A stretch of DNA of 42,205 nucleotides from Cyclobacteriaceae bacterium (GTDB lineage Bacteria; Bacteroidota; Bacteroidia; Cytophagales; Cyclobacteriaceae), in NCBI GenBank assembly GCA_035307285.1, contig DATGMS010000242.1, positions 1-42,205 on the forward strand, in the 5' to 3' direction. Each line of letters opens with the position of its first letter. The stretch's first letter is position 1. Under the pieces are notes generated by a model. The model was not told the origin of the DNA. It did not search any database and saw only the letters and a list, made by a program, of their open reading frames with translations. A program made the translations under genes and the position numbers. Below are positions 1 to 10,463 of this stretch, one piece after another.

Positions 1-66
1 GACGTCTTAGCAACCTGAATACAAGGTGCTAACTCCCATCCTGAAAATGTCAGGAAAAGATGAGCG
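1..66 (+). promoter_or_regulatory. SAM-I (S-box) riboswitch aptamer, 3' part; the 5' part is cut off by the window edge
   Basis: Conserved S-box elements appear in the right order: AGCAACC (10-16), GGTGCTAAcTCC (25-36), a P4 hairpin cctga/tcagg (40-44 with 50-54), and the closing AAAGATGAG P1 3' strand (56-64). It sits directly upstream of a methionine-synthesis operon. Confidence 0.7.
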
Positions 67-127
67 GTAGAAATTGCACGATTTTTCTTCCGGTTGTAGC
101 TCGATATAGTTTTAAAATACAAAGAGC

Positions 128-1171
128 ATGCAGAACAGAACGGAATTATTAATTCAACAACTTAACAAGAAGATCCTCATCCTGGACGGTGCCATGGGTA
201 CCATGATACAGCGATATGGCTTAAAGGAAAGTGACTTCAGGGACGAGGAGCTCATCGACCACCCCAAATCTTTAAAGGGAAATAATGATTTATTGTCCTT
301 AAGCAGACCTGATATCATCAAGGAAATCCATACTGCCTATCTTGAAAGCGGAGCTGATATTATAGAGACCAATACCTTTAGCAGTACCTCCATAGCCCAA
401 GAGGATTATTCGCTTAGTCATCTGGCGTACAAGCTGAATTATGAATCCGCAAAGCTTGCTAAGGAAGTGGCATTGCAATTTTCAGATGCCACGCCTGACC
501 AACCCCGTTTTGTAGCGGGTGCCATTGGACCGACTAACAAGACCGCTTCGATATCCCCCGATGTCAATGATCCCGGCTTTAGGGGAATAAGTTTTGACCA
601 ATTGGCCACAGCCTATGCGGAGCAGGTGAGGGGTTTGTTGGATGGGGGAGCGGATATTCTTCTGGTCGAGACCATTTTTGACACATTAAATGCCAAGGCA
701 GCGCTTTATGCGATTCAAGAGGTTTTTGAAGAGAGAGCTATCCCACTCGAGCCCTCCGAAGGCGGAATTCCGGTGATGATATCCGGAACCATAACGGATG
801 CTTCGGGGAGAACCCTATCTGGCCAGACAACCGAAGCCTTCTTGATATCTATTTCTCATGTTCCCCTTCTTAGTGTGGGATTGAACTGTGCTTTGGGTGC
901 CAAAGAACTTCGCCCCTATTTGAAAGTATTGTCAGAGAAAGCGCCTTTTTTAGTGAGTGTGTATCCAAATGCAGGGTTGCCCAATGAGTTTGGCCAATAC
1001 GATCAGGGAGCAGATGAAATGGCGGATCATGTAGAAGATTTCCTCCGCTCTGGATGGGTCAATATCCTTGGAGGCTGCTGTGGTACAACGCCCGACCATA
1101 TTCATGCTCTAGCCCAAACCGCTCGGAAATATGCGCCTAGAAAGTTGGACTTGGAATTAAAAGGAGAATAA
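128..1171 (+). CDS. Homocysteine S-methyltransferase domain protein (the N-terminal Hcy-binding module of methionine synthase as a separate polypeptide)
   Basis: 347 aa. Hcy-binding barrel pattern ([19 protein letters not shown]) and the zinc-ligand motif [12 protein letters not shown] near the C-terminus. The gene ends 6 nt before the next one. Confidence 0.9.
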   Translation: MQNRTELLIQQLNKKILILDGAMGTMIQRYGLKESDFRDEELIDHPKSLKGNNDLLSLSRPDIIKEIHTAYLESGADIIETNTFSSTSIAQEDYSLSHLAYKLNYESAKLAKEVALQFSDATPDQPRFVAGAIGPTNKTASISPDVNDPGFRGISFDQLATAYAEQVRGLLDGGADILLVETIFDTLNAKAALYAIQEVFEERAIPLEPSEGGIPVMISGTITDASGRTLSGQTTEAFLISISHVPLLSVGLNCALGAKELRPYLKVLSEKAPFLVSVYPNAGLPNEFGQYDQGADEMADHVEDFLRSGWVNILGGCCGTTPDHIHALAQTARKYAPRKLDLELKGE

Positions 1172-1177
1172 AAAGAC

Positions 1178-3871
1178 ATGGTTAATCATAATGAGTTAAA
1201 ATTATCCGGATTAGAACCTTTGATTTTTACCCCTGAATTGAATTTTGTGAATATAGGGGAAAGAACTAATATCACAGGCTCCAAGAAGTTTGCCCGGTTG
1301 ATCTTGAATGGAGATTACAACCAAGCTTTGGAGGTAGCTGTGGACCAGGTAAGAGGAGGAGCGCAGATACTGGATGTCTGCATGGATGAAGGGATGCTGG
1401 ATGGGGAGTACGCCATGGTGAAATTCCTTAACCTCATCGCTTCTGAACCAGAAATCAGCAGGATTCCCATCATGATTGACAGTTCCAAGTGGAAGATTAT
1501 TCTTGCGGGATTAAAATGTGTGCAGGGAAAGGGGATTGTAAATTCGATCAGTCTGAAAAATGGAGAAGAGGAGTTTGTCCATCAAGCCAAAATGGTCAAA
1601 CGTTTTGGTGCAGCTGTCGTCGTCATGGCTTTCGACGAAAAAGGCCAGGCGGATACCTATGAAAGAAGAATTGAAATCTGTAAACGCAGCTATGATATCT
1701 TAACCCAAAAAGTTAAGTTTAATAGGAACGATATTATTTTTGATCCCAATATCTTTCCTGTAGCCACAGGAATGGACGAACATAAAACCAATGCCATTGA
1801 TTTTTTTAAAGCAACTAAGTGGATCAAGGAAAACCTTCCTGGAGCCAAGGTCAGCGGCGGGGTGAGCAATGTTAGCTTTTCCTTTCGGGGAAATAATCCG
1901 GTGAGGGAAGCCATGCATGCAGCATTTTTGTACCATGCCATCCAACATGGAATGGACATGGGCATCGTCAATCCGTCTATGTTGGAGGTGTATGATGATA
2001 TCCCCAAGGATTTACTCGAAAGGGTAGAAGATGTAATTTGGAATAAAAGGGAAGATGCCACGGAAAGGCTTTTAACCTTTGCGGAAACCGTAAAGTCCAA
2101 AGACAAAGTTGAAAAGGTCAATGATGCTTGGCGCTCTGATCCGGTGGAAAAGAGAATTGAACATGCCCTGGTCAAAGGTATTATCGACTATATTATAGAA
2201 GACACGGAGGAGGCAAGATTAAAATATAAAAACCCGCTGAAGGTGATCGAAGGGCCGTTGATGGATGGGATGAACGTTGTAGGAGACCTTTTCGGAGAAG
2301 GAAAGATGTTTCTACCTCAGGTCGTCAAAAGCGCAAGGGTGATGAAAAAGTCCGTAGCCTACCTGGAGCCCTTTATGCCTAAAGCGGGTGAAGAAGGATT
2401 TGACGAAAATCAAAATTCAGGTGTCAAGAAAGTGCTGCTTGCTACGGTGAAGGGTGATGTACATGACATCGGCAAAAATATAGTGGGCGTAGTGCTCGCC
2501 TGCAACAGTTATCACATCATTGATTTGGGAGTGATGGTAGATGCCCAAAGAATCATTGATGAAGCCATTGCCCAAAAGGTAGATGTCATCGGGTTAAGTG
2601 GGTTGATTACCCCTTCTTTGGACGAGATGGTAGATGTGGCCTCTGAAATGGAACGATTGGGTGTTAAGATCCCATTGATGATCGGAGGGGCGACAACTTC
2701 CAAAATACATACAGCTGTTAAGATTGATCCAGTCTATAGCGGTGTGGTAGTGCATGTTGCGGATGCTTCCAAATCTGTTCCTATTGTAGGCGAAGCGATA
2801 AGTGAAGAGACCAAAGCGGGGTTTAAAACCACCACAAAAACAAATTATAAAATCCTCCGAGAGGATCATGCTACCAAACAGCAGGTCAAACAGATGGTCA
2901 CTTATGAGAAGGCAAAAAGCAACCCTTCTTTTGTTGATTGGTCGAATTATTCGCCCGTTGCTCCGGCTCAATTGGGAAATCTGGTCTTGGAAGACCTTGA
3001 TATTGGAGTATTAAGAAATTATTTGGATTGGACTCCTTTCTTCAGCACCTGGATGCTATCGGGGAGATACCCCAAAATCTTGGAGGATCCTGTAGTGGGT
3101 CAAGAGGCGAAAAAACTGGTAGACGATGCAAACGATATGTTGGATAGGATTATCAACGAAAAATGGTTGCATGCCAAAGCAGTTGTTGGGATCTATCCAG
3201 TCCGCAGGATAGAAGATGACCTTATTGTTCTTTCCAGTGATAATCGGGATGAGTTGACCAAATTCCACTTTCTGAGGCAACAGGGGAAGAAAGGGAAGGG
3301 GGTACCCAACCGTTCGCTAATTGATTTTATCCATCCTGAGAAACCCGACTATTTCGGCGGGTTCGCTGTTTCCACAGGCTTTGGTATAGAAAATAAATTA
3401 GAAGAATTCGAAAGGGATGGGGATGATTATAACGTCATTATGCTGAAGGCTATGGCAGACAGGCTTGCGGAAGCTGGGGCAGAGTACCTTCATGAGCGTG
3501 TAAGAAAAGAAATTTGGGGATATGATCCAGAAGAAAATCTGGACAATCAAGCCCTAATTAAAGAAAGTTACAAAGGCATCCGTCCGGCCCCTGGGTATCC
3601 TGCTTGTCCCGAACATTCCGAAAAAAGAACCCTCTTCGACCTCCTGGAAGTTGAAAAGAATATAGGGCTTCAGTTGACGGACAGCTTTGCGATGTATCCC
3701 ACTTCGGCAGTCAGTGGATTTTATTTTGCGCATCCAGACAGCAAATATTTTGGGCTTGGGAAGATCGAAGAGGACCAGGTAGAAAGTTATGCGGCAAGGA
3801 AAGGGATCTCCAAGCAACAGGCGGAACGATGGCTGTCACCTAACCTAGCTTATAATCCAAAAGTGGGCTAG
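1178..3871 (+). CDS. metH: Cobalamin-dependent methionine synthase (pterin-binding + B12-binding + AdoMet-activation modules)
   Basis: 897 aa. It starts at the LSGLEPL motif that opens the pterin domain. It carries the B12 DxHxxG motif ([11 protein letters not shown]) and the activation-domain motif [12 protein letters not shown]. Confidence 0.92.
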   Translation: MVNHNELKLSGLEPLIFTPELNFVNIGERTNITGSKKFARLILNGDYNQALEVAVDQVRGGAQILDVCMDEGMLDGEYAMVKFLNLIASEPEISRIPIMIDSSKWKIILAGLKCVQGKGIVNSISLKNGEEEFVHQAKMVKRFGAAVVVMAFDEKGQADTYERRIEICKRSYDILTQKVKFNRNDIIFDPNIFPVATGMDEHKTNAIDFFKATKWIKENLPGAKVSGGVSNVSFSFRGNNPVREAMHAAFLYHAIQHGMDMGIVNPSMLEVYDDIPKDLLERVEDVIWNKREDATERLLTFAETVKSKDKVEKVNDAWRSDPVEKRIEHALVKGIIDYIIEDTEEARLKYKNPLKVIEGPLMDGMNVVGDLFGEGKMFLPQVVKSARVMKKSVAYLEPFMPKAGEEGFDENQNSGVKKVLLATVKGDVHDIGKNIVGVVLACNSYHIIDLGVMVDAQRIIDEAIAQKVDVIGLSGLITPSLDEMVDVASEMERLGVKIPLMIGGATTSKIHTAVKIDPVYSGVVVHVADASKSVPIVGEAISEETKAGFKTTTKTNYKILREDHATKQQVKQMVTYEKAKSNPSFVDWSNYSPVAPAQLGNLVLEDLDIGVLRNYLDWTPFFSTWMLSGRYPKILEDPVVGQEAKKLVDDANDMLDRIINEKWLHAKAVVGIYPVRRIEDDLIVLSSDNRDELTKFHFLRQQGKKGKGVPNRSLIDFIHPEKPDYFGGFAVSTGFGIENKLEEFERDGDDYNVIMLKAMADRLAEAGAEYLHERVRKEIWGYDPEENLDNQALIKESYKGIRPAPGYPACPEHSEKRTLFDLLEVEKNIGLQLTDSFAMYPTSAVSGFYFAHPDSKYFGLGKIEEDQVESYAARKGISKQQAERWLSPNLAYNPKVG

Positions 3872-3940
3872 ACGTCGTTCGAAATTCAACAGTTGTAGAC
3901 ATTTTAAGCAGATTAACTTAAAAAGAAAGTCCAAATATCC

Positions 3941-4894
3941 ATGAAGATCACTGAATATATTAAGCAAGCTGATAAGACACTCTTCTCATTCGAAATTCTA
4001 CCTCCTCTCAAGGGTCAAAGCCTCAATAATCTTTTGGAGGGCATAGCACCGTTGATGGAATTTAAGCCTCCCTTTGTGGATGTCACCTATCATCGGGAAG
4101 AATTTATTTATAAAAAACACCCCAACGGCCTGCTCGAAAAGGTGAGTACCAAGAAGAGACCGGGGACGGTAGGCATTTGTGCTGCTTTAATGAACAGATT
4201 CCATGTCGATGCCGTGCCCCATTTATTATGTGGAGGATTTACTAAGGAGGAAACGGAAAATGTGCTGATCGACCTGAATTTTATCGGGGTACAAAACGTA
4301 CTTGCTTTACGTGGAGACGCACCAAAAATGGAGGGGAAGTTTGTGCCGGAAGTCAACGGGCATAACTATTCCTGTGAGCTTGTGGCGCAGATATATGGAA
4401 TGAACCATGGGAAGTACCTTCACGAAGAAACTGAAATCGGCTTTCAGACAGACTTTTGTGTGGGAGTGGCGGGCTATCCGGAAAAGCATTTTGAGGCGCC
4501 AAGCATGAAGTTTGATCTTAAACACTTAATAGCAAAAGTAGAGGCCGGAGCGGAGTATATCGTGACCCAGATGTTTTTTGACAACAGTAAGTTTTTCGAC
4601 TATGTAAAGAGAGTCCGGGAAGCAGGAATTGATATTCCTATTATTCCAGGCTTAAAACCCATTACCACTTTATCGCAGATCGTAAATCTACCAAGTACTT
4701 TTTTTCTCGACTTTCCTGATGAATTAATGGATGAACTCGAAAAATGCAAGGACAATGCAGCTGTTAAGGAAGTGGGAATTCAATGGGCCATTCAACAAAG
4801 CAGGGAATTGATTGCGGCAGGAATTCCCTGTCTGCATTATTATACGATGAGCAAGGCGGATGCCACTTATAGAATAGCGAAGGAGGTTTTTTAG
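3941..4894 (+). CDS. metF: 5,10-methylenetetrahydrofolate reductase
   Basis: 317 aa. MTHFR-like pattern (FSFEILPP, VDVTYH, ALRGD, GYPEKH, QMFFD). It sits in an operon with metH. Confidence 0.9.
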   Translation: MKITEYIKQADKTLFSFEILPPLKGQSLNNLLEGIAPLMEFKPPFVDVTYHREEFIYKKHPNGLLEKVSTKKRPGTVGICAALMNRFHVDAVPHLLCGGFTKEETENVLIDLNFIGVQNVLALRGDAPKMEGKFVPEVNGHNYSCELVAQIYGMNHGKYLHEETEIGFQTDFCVGVAGYPEKHFEAPSMKFDLKHLIAKVEAGAEYIVTQMFFDNSKFFDYVKRVREAGIDIPIIPGLKPITTLSQIVNLPSTFFLDFPDELMDELEKCKDNAAVKEVGIQWAIQQSRELIAAGIPCLHYYTMSKADATYRIAKEVF

Positions 4895-5166
4895 GAAGAA
4901 GTGTTAAGGAAGTTCCATTGCTTCGGAAGTAGAACAGGCTCCGGATATAATAGTGAAAATTAGCCCAACGTAATCCGTTTGGGTTCATTTTCTTTCCTTT
5001 ACTATTGAACACAGTCCCAGCTGGATCAGTAATGCCATGCATTTTATCCGGCAGTTTCTCTAATTCATCACAGCGGTCTATTCCGTTGGCTTTTAGGGGG
5101 AAGATTAGGTGGTAATGGATCATGTCCATCGCTCTATACCTATGGTTTAGCCATTCCTCCTAGTCC

Positions 5167-6285
5167 TTACACCATGCTATATTTCTTGCCCGGCATGGAT
5201 TTTATTATCCCTTGGAATTCCAAATTCAGTAATTTTGAAGCCAATAGCGAAAGGGGGATATTTGTCAGCCAGCTGAGCTGGTCAATTTCTACTTCTTTCT
5301 TTTCGAGAAGGGACTTCAGGATCATCTGCTCTTCGGGTTCGAATGCTTCAAGATCCAAAGCAATGGGTTTATTTAGCTTGTTGCTTCCGGTTCTGTTCCA
5401 GGAAAGGGCATCTTCAATTTCTTTTGCTCCCATATAGATGCCTGCTTTCATGGTTCGGATGAGATTGTTGCAACCTTCACTATATTTGGATTGCAGATTA
5501 CCGGGAACTGCAAATACTTCTTTATTATAACTATACGCAATTTCGGCAGTGATTAGCGCACCCCCTTTGATCGCTGCTTCCACAATAATTAAGGCATCGG
5601 AAAGTCCTGCGATGATCCGGTTTCGCTGGGGAAAATTAGCTTTGTTGAGTTCGCTTTTAGGCCGGTATTCCGACAGCAGTCCGCCCTTTTCCATCATGTT
5701 TTGCGCAGTGCTAAGATGGGCAGCCGGATATATTCTGTCCACGGGAGTTCCAAGGACGCCTATAGTCGGTAATTCGCATTGTAGCGCAACCCGATGGGCT
5801 TCAATATCGATGCCGTAGGCCAGTCCGCTGATGACGGTGGGACAATAGGAGGCGAGATCTTCTATAATTTTACGGGTAATACTTTTACCGTATTCGGTAG
5901 CGTTTCTTGTGCCGACTATCCCTATCGTTCTATCAGGGTTGAGGTTGACGTTTCCTTTGGAGAAGATAAATACAGGTGAGTCGGGAAAAGATTTTAATCT
6001 TTGGGGATAACCGGAATCCAAATAGGAATGGATGTCTATTTCCTTCTTATGGCAATCATTGATGATTTGATCCGCAAGTTTTAGATAGTAGTTTTGCTGA
6101 CTTCTGATGGCTAAAAGTTTGGCTCCAATGCCGGGAATTTTTTCGGCCTTTCCCTTGGGCATACTGAAAAAATTTTTGGGTGAGCCGCAATAACTGATGA
6201 TGGTCTTAAAAATCCCGGGGCCAAGCTGTGGTATCAGGCTCAGGGCAATATTGTTTAAAAGTTCGTCATTTGCTGGAGTTGACAT
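5167..6285 (-). CDS. dprA: DNA-processing protein DprA/Smf
   Basis: 372 aa. Rossmann-like DprA core (IVGTRNATEYG, SGLAYGIDIEAH, GGALITA) plus a C-terminal winged-helix tail. Confidence 0.85.
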   Translation of the reverse strand: MSTPANDELLNNIALSLIPQLGPGIFKTIISYCGSPKNFFSMPKGKAEKIPGIGAKLLAIRSQQNYYLKLADQIINDCHKKEIDIHSYLDSGYPQRLKSFPDSPVFIFSKGNVNLNPDRTIGIVGTRNATEYGKSITRKIIEDLASYCPTVISGLAYGIDIEAHRVALQCELPTIGVLGTPVDRIYPAAHLSTAQNMMEKGGLLSEYRPKSELNKANFPQRNRIIAGLSDALIIVEAAIKGGALITAEIAYSYNKEVFAVPGNLQSKYSEGCNNLIRTMKAGIYMGAKEIEDALSWNRTGSNKLNKPIALDLEAFEPEEQMILKSLLEKKEVEIDQLSWLTNIPLSLLASKLLNLEFQGIIKSMPGKKYSMV

Positions 6286-6619
6286 TGAGTTGGTCCCTAA
6301 TTTCCATTAAAAAACCTTTGATCTGGTATAACCGGTTAACCATCTCCGCCTTGTCCATCGCCAAGTGAAGATCTTTTTTTATTGATTCTTGGGCGCCCTG
6401 TAGGGTGTAGCCTTTTTCTTTTACTAAATGGTAGATCAAACGTATTTGAGCAATGTCTTCCTTTGTAAATCGGCGGTTGCCTTTTTTGTCCTTTTTGGGA
6501 CGGATGGAATCAAATTCTCCCTCCCAATACCTGATCAAAGAAGTGGCCACGTTAAACATTTCGGCCACTTCTCCGATGGAATAATATTTCTTCTCTATTT
6601 CACGCTCTTTGTAAGGCAC
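6266..6619 (-). CDS. MerR-family transcriptional regulator
   Basis: 117 aa. N-terminal MerR HTH (YYSIGEVAEMFNVATSLIRYWE). It overlaps the dprA start by 20 nt. Confidence 0.8.
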   Translation of the reverse strand: MPYKEREIEKKYYSIGEVAEMFNVATSLIRYWEGEFDSIRPKKDKKGNRRFTKEDIAQIRLIYHLVKEKGYTLQGAQESIKKDLHLAMDKAEMVNRLYQIKGFLMEIRDQLNVNSSK

Positions 6620-6631
6620 AGCTAATACTTA

Positions 6632-7609
6632 TCAAGAAAGTGATTGGTTTTCCCTGGAAGCCAATTCAAGGATTTTGTCAAACTCTGTCGGCTCCAGATC
6701 TTTGAAGAAGTAGTTGACCGGATTAAGAAATTTTCCATCCTTCATTACTTCATAATGCACGTGGGGAGCAGTGGAAGACCCCGTGCTGCCTACTGTGCCA
6801 ATTTGATCCCCTCTTTTTACTTTCTGTCCTTTTTTGACATTAAAGTCATTCATGTGGGCATACCTTGAGGTAAAACCAAAGCCGTGATCTATTACAATGG
6901 ATTTGCCATATCCCCCAAATTCAGTTGATACCTCCTTTATTACTCCATCTCCAGTAGCGTAAATTGCCGTACCCTTGGTTGCAGAAAAATCAATGCCCGT
7001 ATGCATTTTCCTCACCTTAAGAATAGGATGGAGCCGCATGCCATAACCCGAAGCCAGCCGGTTCAATTCTTCGTTATGGACAGGCTGTATGGCCGGAATT
7101 GATGCCCAGTACTCCTCCTTGTTCAACGCTGTTCGGGAAAGATCATCATAGGAGACGGATTGCACATAAAGCTGTTTTTTCAGCTGCTCTACCTTTTCAA
7201 GTGCGGAAACGATCAGTTTTTCTTGGTTCAGTCCCTTTTCCTTGATTTCCTTAAAACGGTCAGAGCCACCATATCCGGCATTTCTAATGGAACTTGGAAC
7301 AGGTTCCGATTCAAAAATGACGCGGTAAAGATTATCGTCCCTTTCCTGAAGGTCGGCCATCATGGCGTTTAATCTTACCACTTCCTGATCCAACAATTCA
7401 TAGTAAAGTTTAAGTTCTTTGTTTTCCTTTCGAAGGAGCAGTTCCTTAGGACTGTCAAAATAATAGCTAAAAGCCATCAAAATCAAAACTGCAAAAATCG
7501 AAGACAGAGATAAAAAGCCCAAGACGTTTAATAGAATGTCCCATTTGCTTTTAGTGAATCGCTCGTATTTACAGGTTTTTGGGTCGTAGTAATATTTTAT
7601 TCTACTCAT
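6632..7609 (-). CDS. M23-family metallopeptidase (membrane-anchored, coiled-coil N-terminus)
   Basis: 325 aa. One N-terminal TM helix and M23 motifs HTGIDF and GSTGSSTAPHVHYEV. Confidence 0.85.
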   Translation of the reverse strand: MSRIKYYYDPKTCKYERFTKSKWDILLNVLGFLSLSSIFAVLILMAFSYYFDSPKELLLRKENKELKLYYELLDQEVVRLNAMMADLQERDDNLYRVIFESEPVPSSIRNAGYGGSDRFKEIKEKGLNQEKLIVSALEKVEQLKKQLYVQSVSYDDLSRTALNKEEYWASIPAIQPVHNEELNRLASGYGMRLHPILKVRKMHTGIDFSATKGTAIYATGDGVIKEVSTEFGGYGKSIVIDHGFGFTSRYAHMNDFNVKKGQKVKRGDQIGTVGSTGSSTAPHVHYEVMKDGKFLNPVNYFFKDLEPTEFDKILELASRENQSLS

Positions 7610-7746
7610 TACAAATTGAAAGGTAATTCTTATAATTTTGTGTCCCCTTAAAGACCAGAAAACCAGGGGTAATTTATAGTTGGCAGCGTCAAAGATAAAT
7701 ATAACCCGTGTATAATCCGAAATAAATTGAGAAAAGTAAACATTAT

Positions 7747-10377
7747 ATGGACGCTAAACGAATAAGAAGCACTTTTATTGGTTTTTTTGAAACAAAAAGA
7801 CATCAATACGTTCCTTCCTCCCCCATTGTGGTTAAAGACGACCCTACATTGATGTTTACCAATGCAGGAATGAACCAATTTAAGGATTTTTTTTTAGGCA
7901 ACAAGGCTCCGGTTTATACTCGGGTGGCAAATACCCAAAAGTGCCTGAGGGTATCCGGAAAGCATAATGACCTTGAAGAAGTAGGGGTAGATACTTATCA
8001 CCATACCATGTTTGAGATGTTGGGCAACTGGTCTTTTGGGGATTACTTTAAGAAGGATGCAATAGCTTGGGCTTGGGAACTTTTGACCGAAGTGTACAGA
8101 TTGCCTAAGGACAGGCTTTATGTAAGCGTTTTTGAAGGCGATGCCAAGGATCAACTTGAGGAGGATAAGGAAGCATATGAGCTATGGTCAGAGCATATTG
8201 CTACCGACCGTATAATCTACGGATCGAAAAAGGATAATTTTTGGGAAATGGGAGAGACTGGTCCCTGTGGCCCCTGCTCCGAGATTCATATCGATCTTAG
8301 GGCAGAGGAAGAGATTGCTTCAATGTCAGGTAAGGACTTGGTCAACGCGGACCATCCGCAGGTGATCGAGATTTGGAACCTGGTATTTATGCAGTTCAAT
8401 AGACTGGCAGACGGTTCATTAAAAGAGCTTCCCGCAAAGCATGTGGACACGGGGATGGGTTTTGAACGTTTGGTTAGAGCTATACAAAACAAGAGTTCCA
8501 ACTACGACACGGATATCTTTACTCCTTTTATCGAGGCCCTCGAAACTATGTCGGGCAAAAAGTATGGGGATGAAGAGAAAACCGATATCGCCATCAGGGT
8601 TATTGTTGATCATATTCGGGCTATATCTTTTGCGATAGCCGATGGCCAACTTCCTTCCAACAATAAGGCTGGCTATGTTATCCGTCGTATTTTAAGAAGA
8701 GCTGTTAGGTATGGCTACACCTTTTTAGGTTTTAACCGACCTTTCCTATTTGAACTTGTACCAATCCTGGCAGAGGCGTTTGGAGAAACATTTCCTGAAA
8801 TTGAAGCCCAAAAAGGATTTGTTGCCAAAGTGGTGCAGGAAGAGGAGACTTCATTTTTGAGGACATTGGACAACGGCCTTAAGAAGTTGGAGCAGATAAA
8901 GGTAGATTTCGAGCAGACCGGAGAGAAGATAATATCTGGGCAATTGGCGTTTGAACTGTATGACACTTATGGATTTCCATTGGATTTGACTTCATTAATA
9001 GCAAGAGAAAATGGCTTTTCTGTAGATATCAGCGGCTTTGAGGTCGAAATGGACAAACAGAAGAGCCGTTCAAGATCGGCCTCAGGAAAAGAAACAGGAG
9101 ATTGGGTAGTGGTCAATGAAGATGCGGACGTTGAATTTGTCGGCTATGATACGTTGGAATGCCAAACAAGCATTGTTAAGTACAGGGAAGTAAAAGAAAA
9201 TAAAGGCAGTCTTTATCAGCTAGTTTTGTCCACTACACCTTTCTACGCCGAAAGCGGCGGGCAGGTAGGAGACAGGGGGATTTTATCTAGCGACCATGAG
9301 ACGCTCAAAGTACTGGACACCAAGAAGGAAAATGATTTGATCGTCCATTTGGTTGAAAGGTTGCCTCAATTTCCCAATGCGCTATTTACCGGAAAGGTGG
9401 ACGCTGAGAAAAGGATTTCCACCATGAATAACCACTCTGCTACCCACCTTCTGCAGGCGGCATTGAAGGAAGTCCTTGGGGACCATATCCAACAAAAAGG
9501 CTCTTTGGTCAACGACCAGCTGTTGCGTTTTGATTTTTCTCATTTCGCTAAACTTTCCGACGAGGAAATGGAAGAAGTGGAAAGAATTGTCAATGCGAAG
9601 ATCATGGACAATATTCCCCTTGACGAGAAAAGGAACGTACCTATCGAAGAGGCAAAGCGGCTCGGTGCAACCGCATTGTTCGGGGAAAAATACGGCGAGT
9701 TTGTACGTATAATAACCTTTGATAAAAACTTCTCTATCGAACTTTGCGGAGGAACACACGTAAACTCAACAGGGAAAATCGGGGTTTTCAAGATACTATC
9801 TGAAGGTTCTATTGCTTCGGGAGTGAGAAGGATAGAAGCCCTTACAGGATTCGCTGCCTTAAAGTATATCAACGGACAGTTGAAGGTGATAAAGGAAATC
9901 AAAGAGTTGCTAAAAAATCCTAAAGAGATAAAAAATGCAATTGAGACGCTTGTTCAGGATAAGAACGATTTGAAGAAGGAGGTAGAAGGACTTTATCTTA
10001 AGGAAGCAGGAATCTTGAAAAGCAACTTGTTGGCCCAACAGGAATCCATTAATGGAGTAAACCTAATAGTAGCACAAGTAAGTCTCCCTTCTGCCGATGC
10101 TTTAAAGAAGCTGGCATTTGAGTTAAAGAACGAAAGCCAGCCATTGATTGCGGTACTGGCTGCCGCCATTGACGGAAAGCCCCAAATTGCTGTGATTATT
10201 GATGAAGATGTGGTTGAATCGAGAGGTTTAGACGCAGGGAAAGCTGTGAGACAGCTGGCGAAAGCCATACAAGGCGGTGGAGGAGGGCAGCCGTTTTTTG
10301 CGACTGCAGGCGGCAAAAATGTTGAAGGACTGCAACAGGTGGTGGAAGAAGCTAGGAAAATGTTTTCCGTGGTTTAG
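7747..10377 (+). CDS. alaS: Alanine--tRNA ligase
   Basis: 876 aa. Class II core (HHTMFEMLGNWSFGDYFK), editing-domain HSATHLL and CGGTH motifs, and a C-terminal GGGGGQP (DHHA1) motif. Confidence 0.95.
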   Translation: MDAKRIRSTFIGFFETKRHQYVPSSPIVVKDDPTLMFTNAGMNQFKDFFLGNKAPVYTRVANTQKCLRVSGKHNDLEEVGVDTYHHTMFEMLGNWSFGDYFKKDAIAWAWELLTEVYRLPKDRLYVSVFEGDAKDQLEEDKEAYELWSEHIATDRIIYGSKKDNFWEMGETGPCGPCSEIHIDLRAEEEIASMSGKDLVNADHPQVIEIWNLVFMQFNRLADGSLKELPAKHVDTGMGFERLVRAIQNKSSNYDTDIFTPFIEALETMSGKKYGDEEKTDIAIRVIVDHIRAISFAIADGQLPSNNKAGYVIRRILRRAVRYGYTFLGFNRPFLFELVPILAEAFGETFPEIEAQKGFVAKVVQEEETSFLRTLDNGLKKLEQIKVDFEQTGEKIISGQLAFELYDTYGFPLDLTSLIARENGFSVDISGFEVEMDKQKSRSRSASGKETGDWVVVNEDADVEFVGYDTLECQTSIVKYREVKENKGSLYQLVLSTTPFYAESGGQVGDRGILSSDHETLKVLDTKKENDLIVHLVERLPQFPNALFTGKVDAEKRISTMNNHSATHLLQAALKEVLGDHIQQKGSLVNDQLLRFDFSHFAKLSDEEMEEVERIVNAKIMDNIPLDEKRNVPIEEAKRLGATALFGEKYGEFVRIITFDKNFSIELCGGTHVNSTGKIGVFKILSEGSIASGVRRIEALTGFAALKYINGQLKVIKEIKELLKNPKEIKNAIETLVQDKNDLKKEVEGLYLKEAGILKSNLLAQQESINGVNLIVAQVSLPSADALKKLAFELKNESQPLIAVLAAAIDGKPQIAVIIDEDVVESRGLDAGKAVRQLAKAIQGGGGGQPFFATAGGKNVEGLQQVVEEARKMFSVV

Positions 10378-10463
10378 GTTGGTTTACATCCAATTGATTT
10401 GTTTTTGGTTTAAATCTCTGCCATTTTTGGGGTCTAATATTAGAATCGATTTGAAAATATAAT

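Noticed and set aside
1690-2175. 161-aa minus-strand ORF, plus the 82-aa ORF 1700..1948 and other short ORFs inside metH
   Set aside because: These lie entirely antisense or out of frame within a CDS that has unmistakable MetH motifs. Their composition is Ser/Leu-rich and low-complexity, as is typical of shadow ORFs.
7887-7895. T9 tract in alaS, with similar A/T8 runs in nadD (about 30855) and the haloperoxidase-like gene (about 32090)
   Set aside because: A/T runs of this length are common in AT-rich genomes. These encode Phe-Phe in conserved or essential genes, so they are not credible phase-variation switches.
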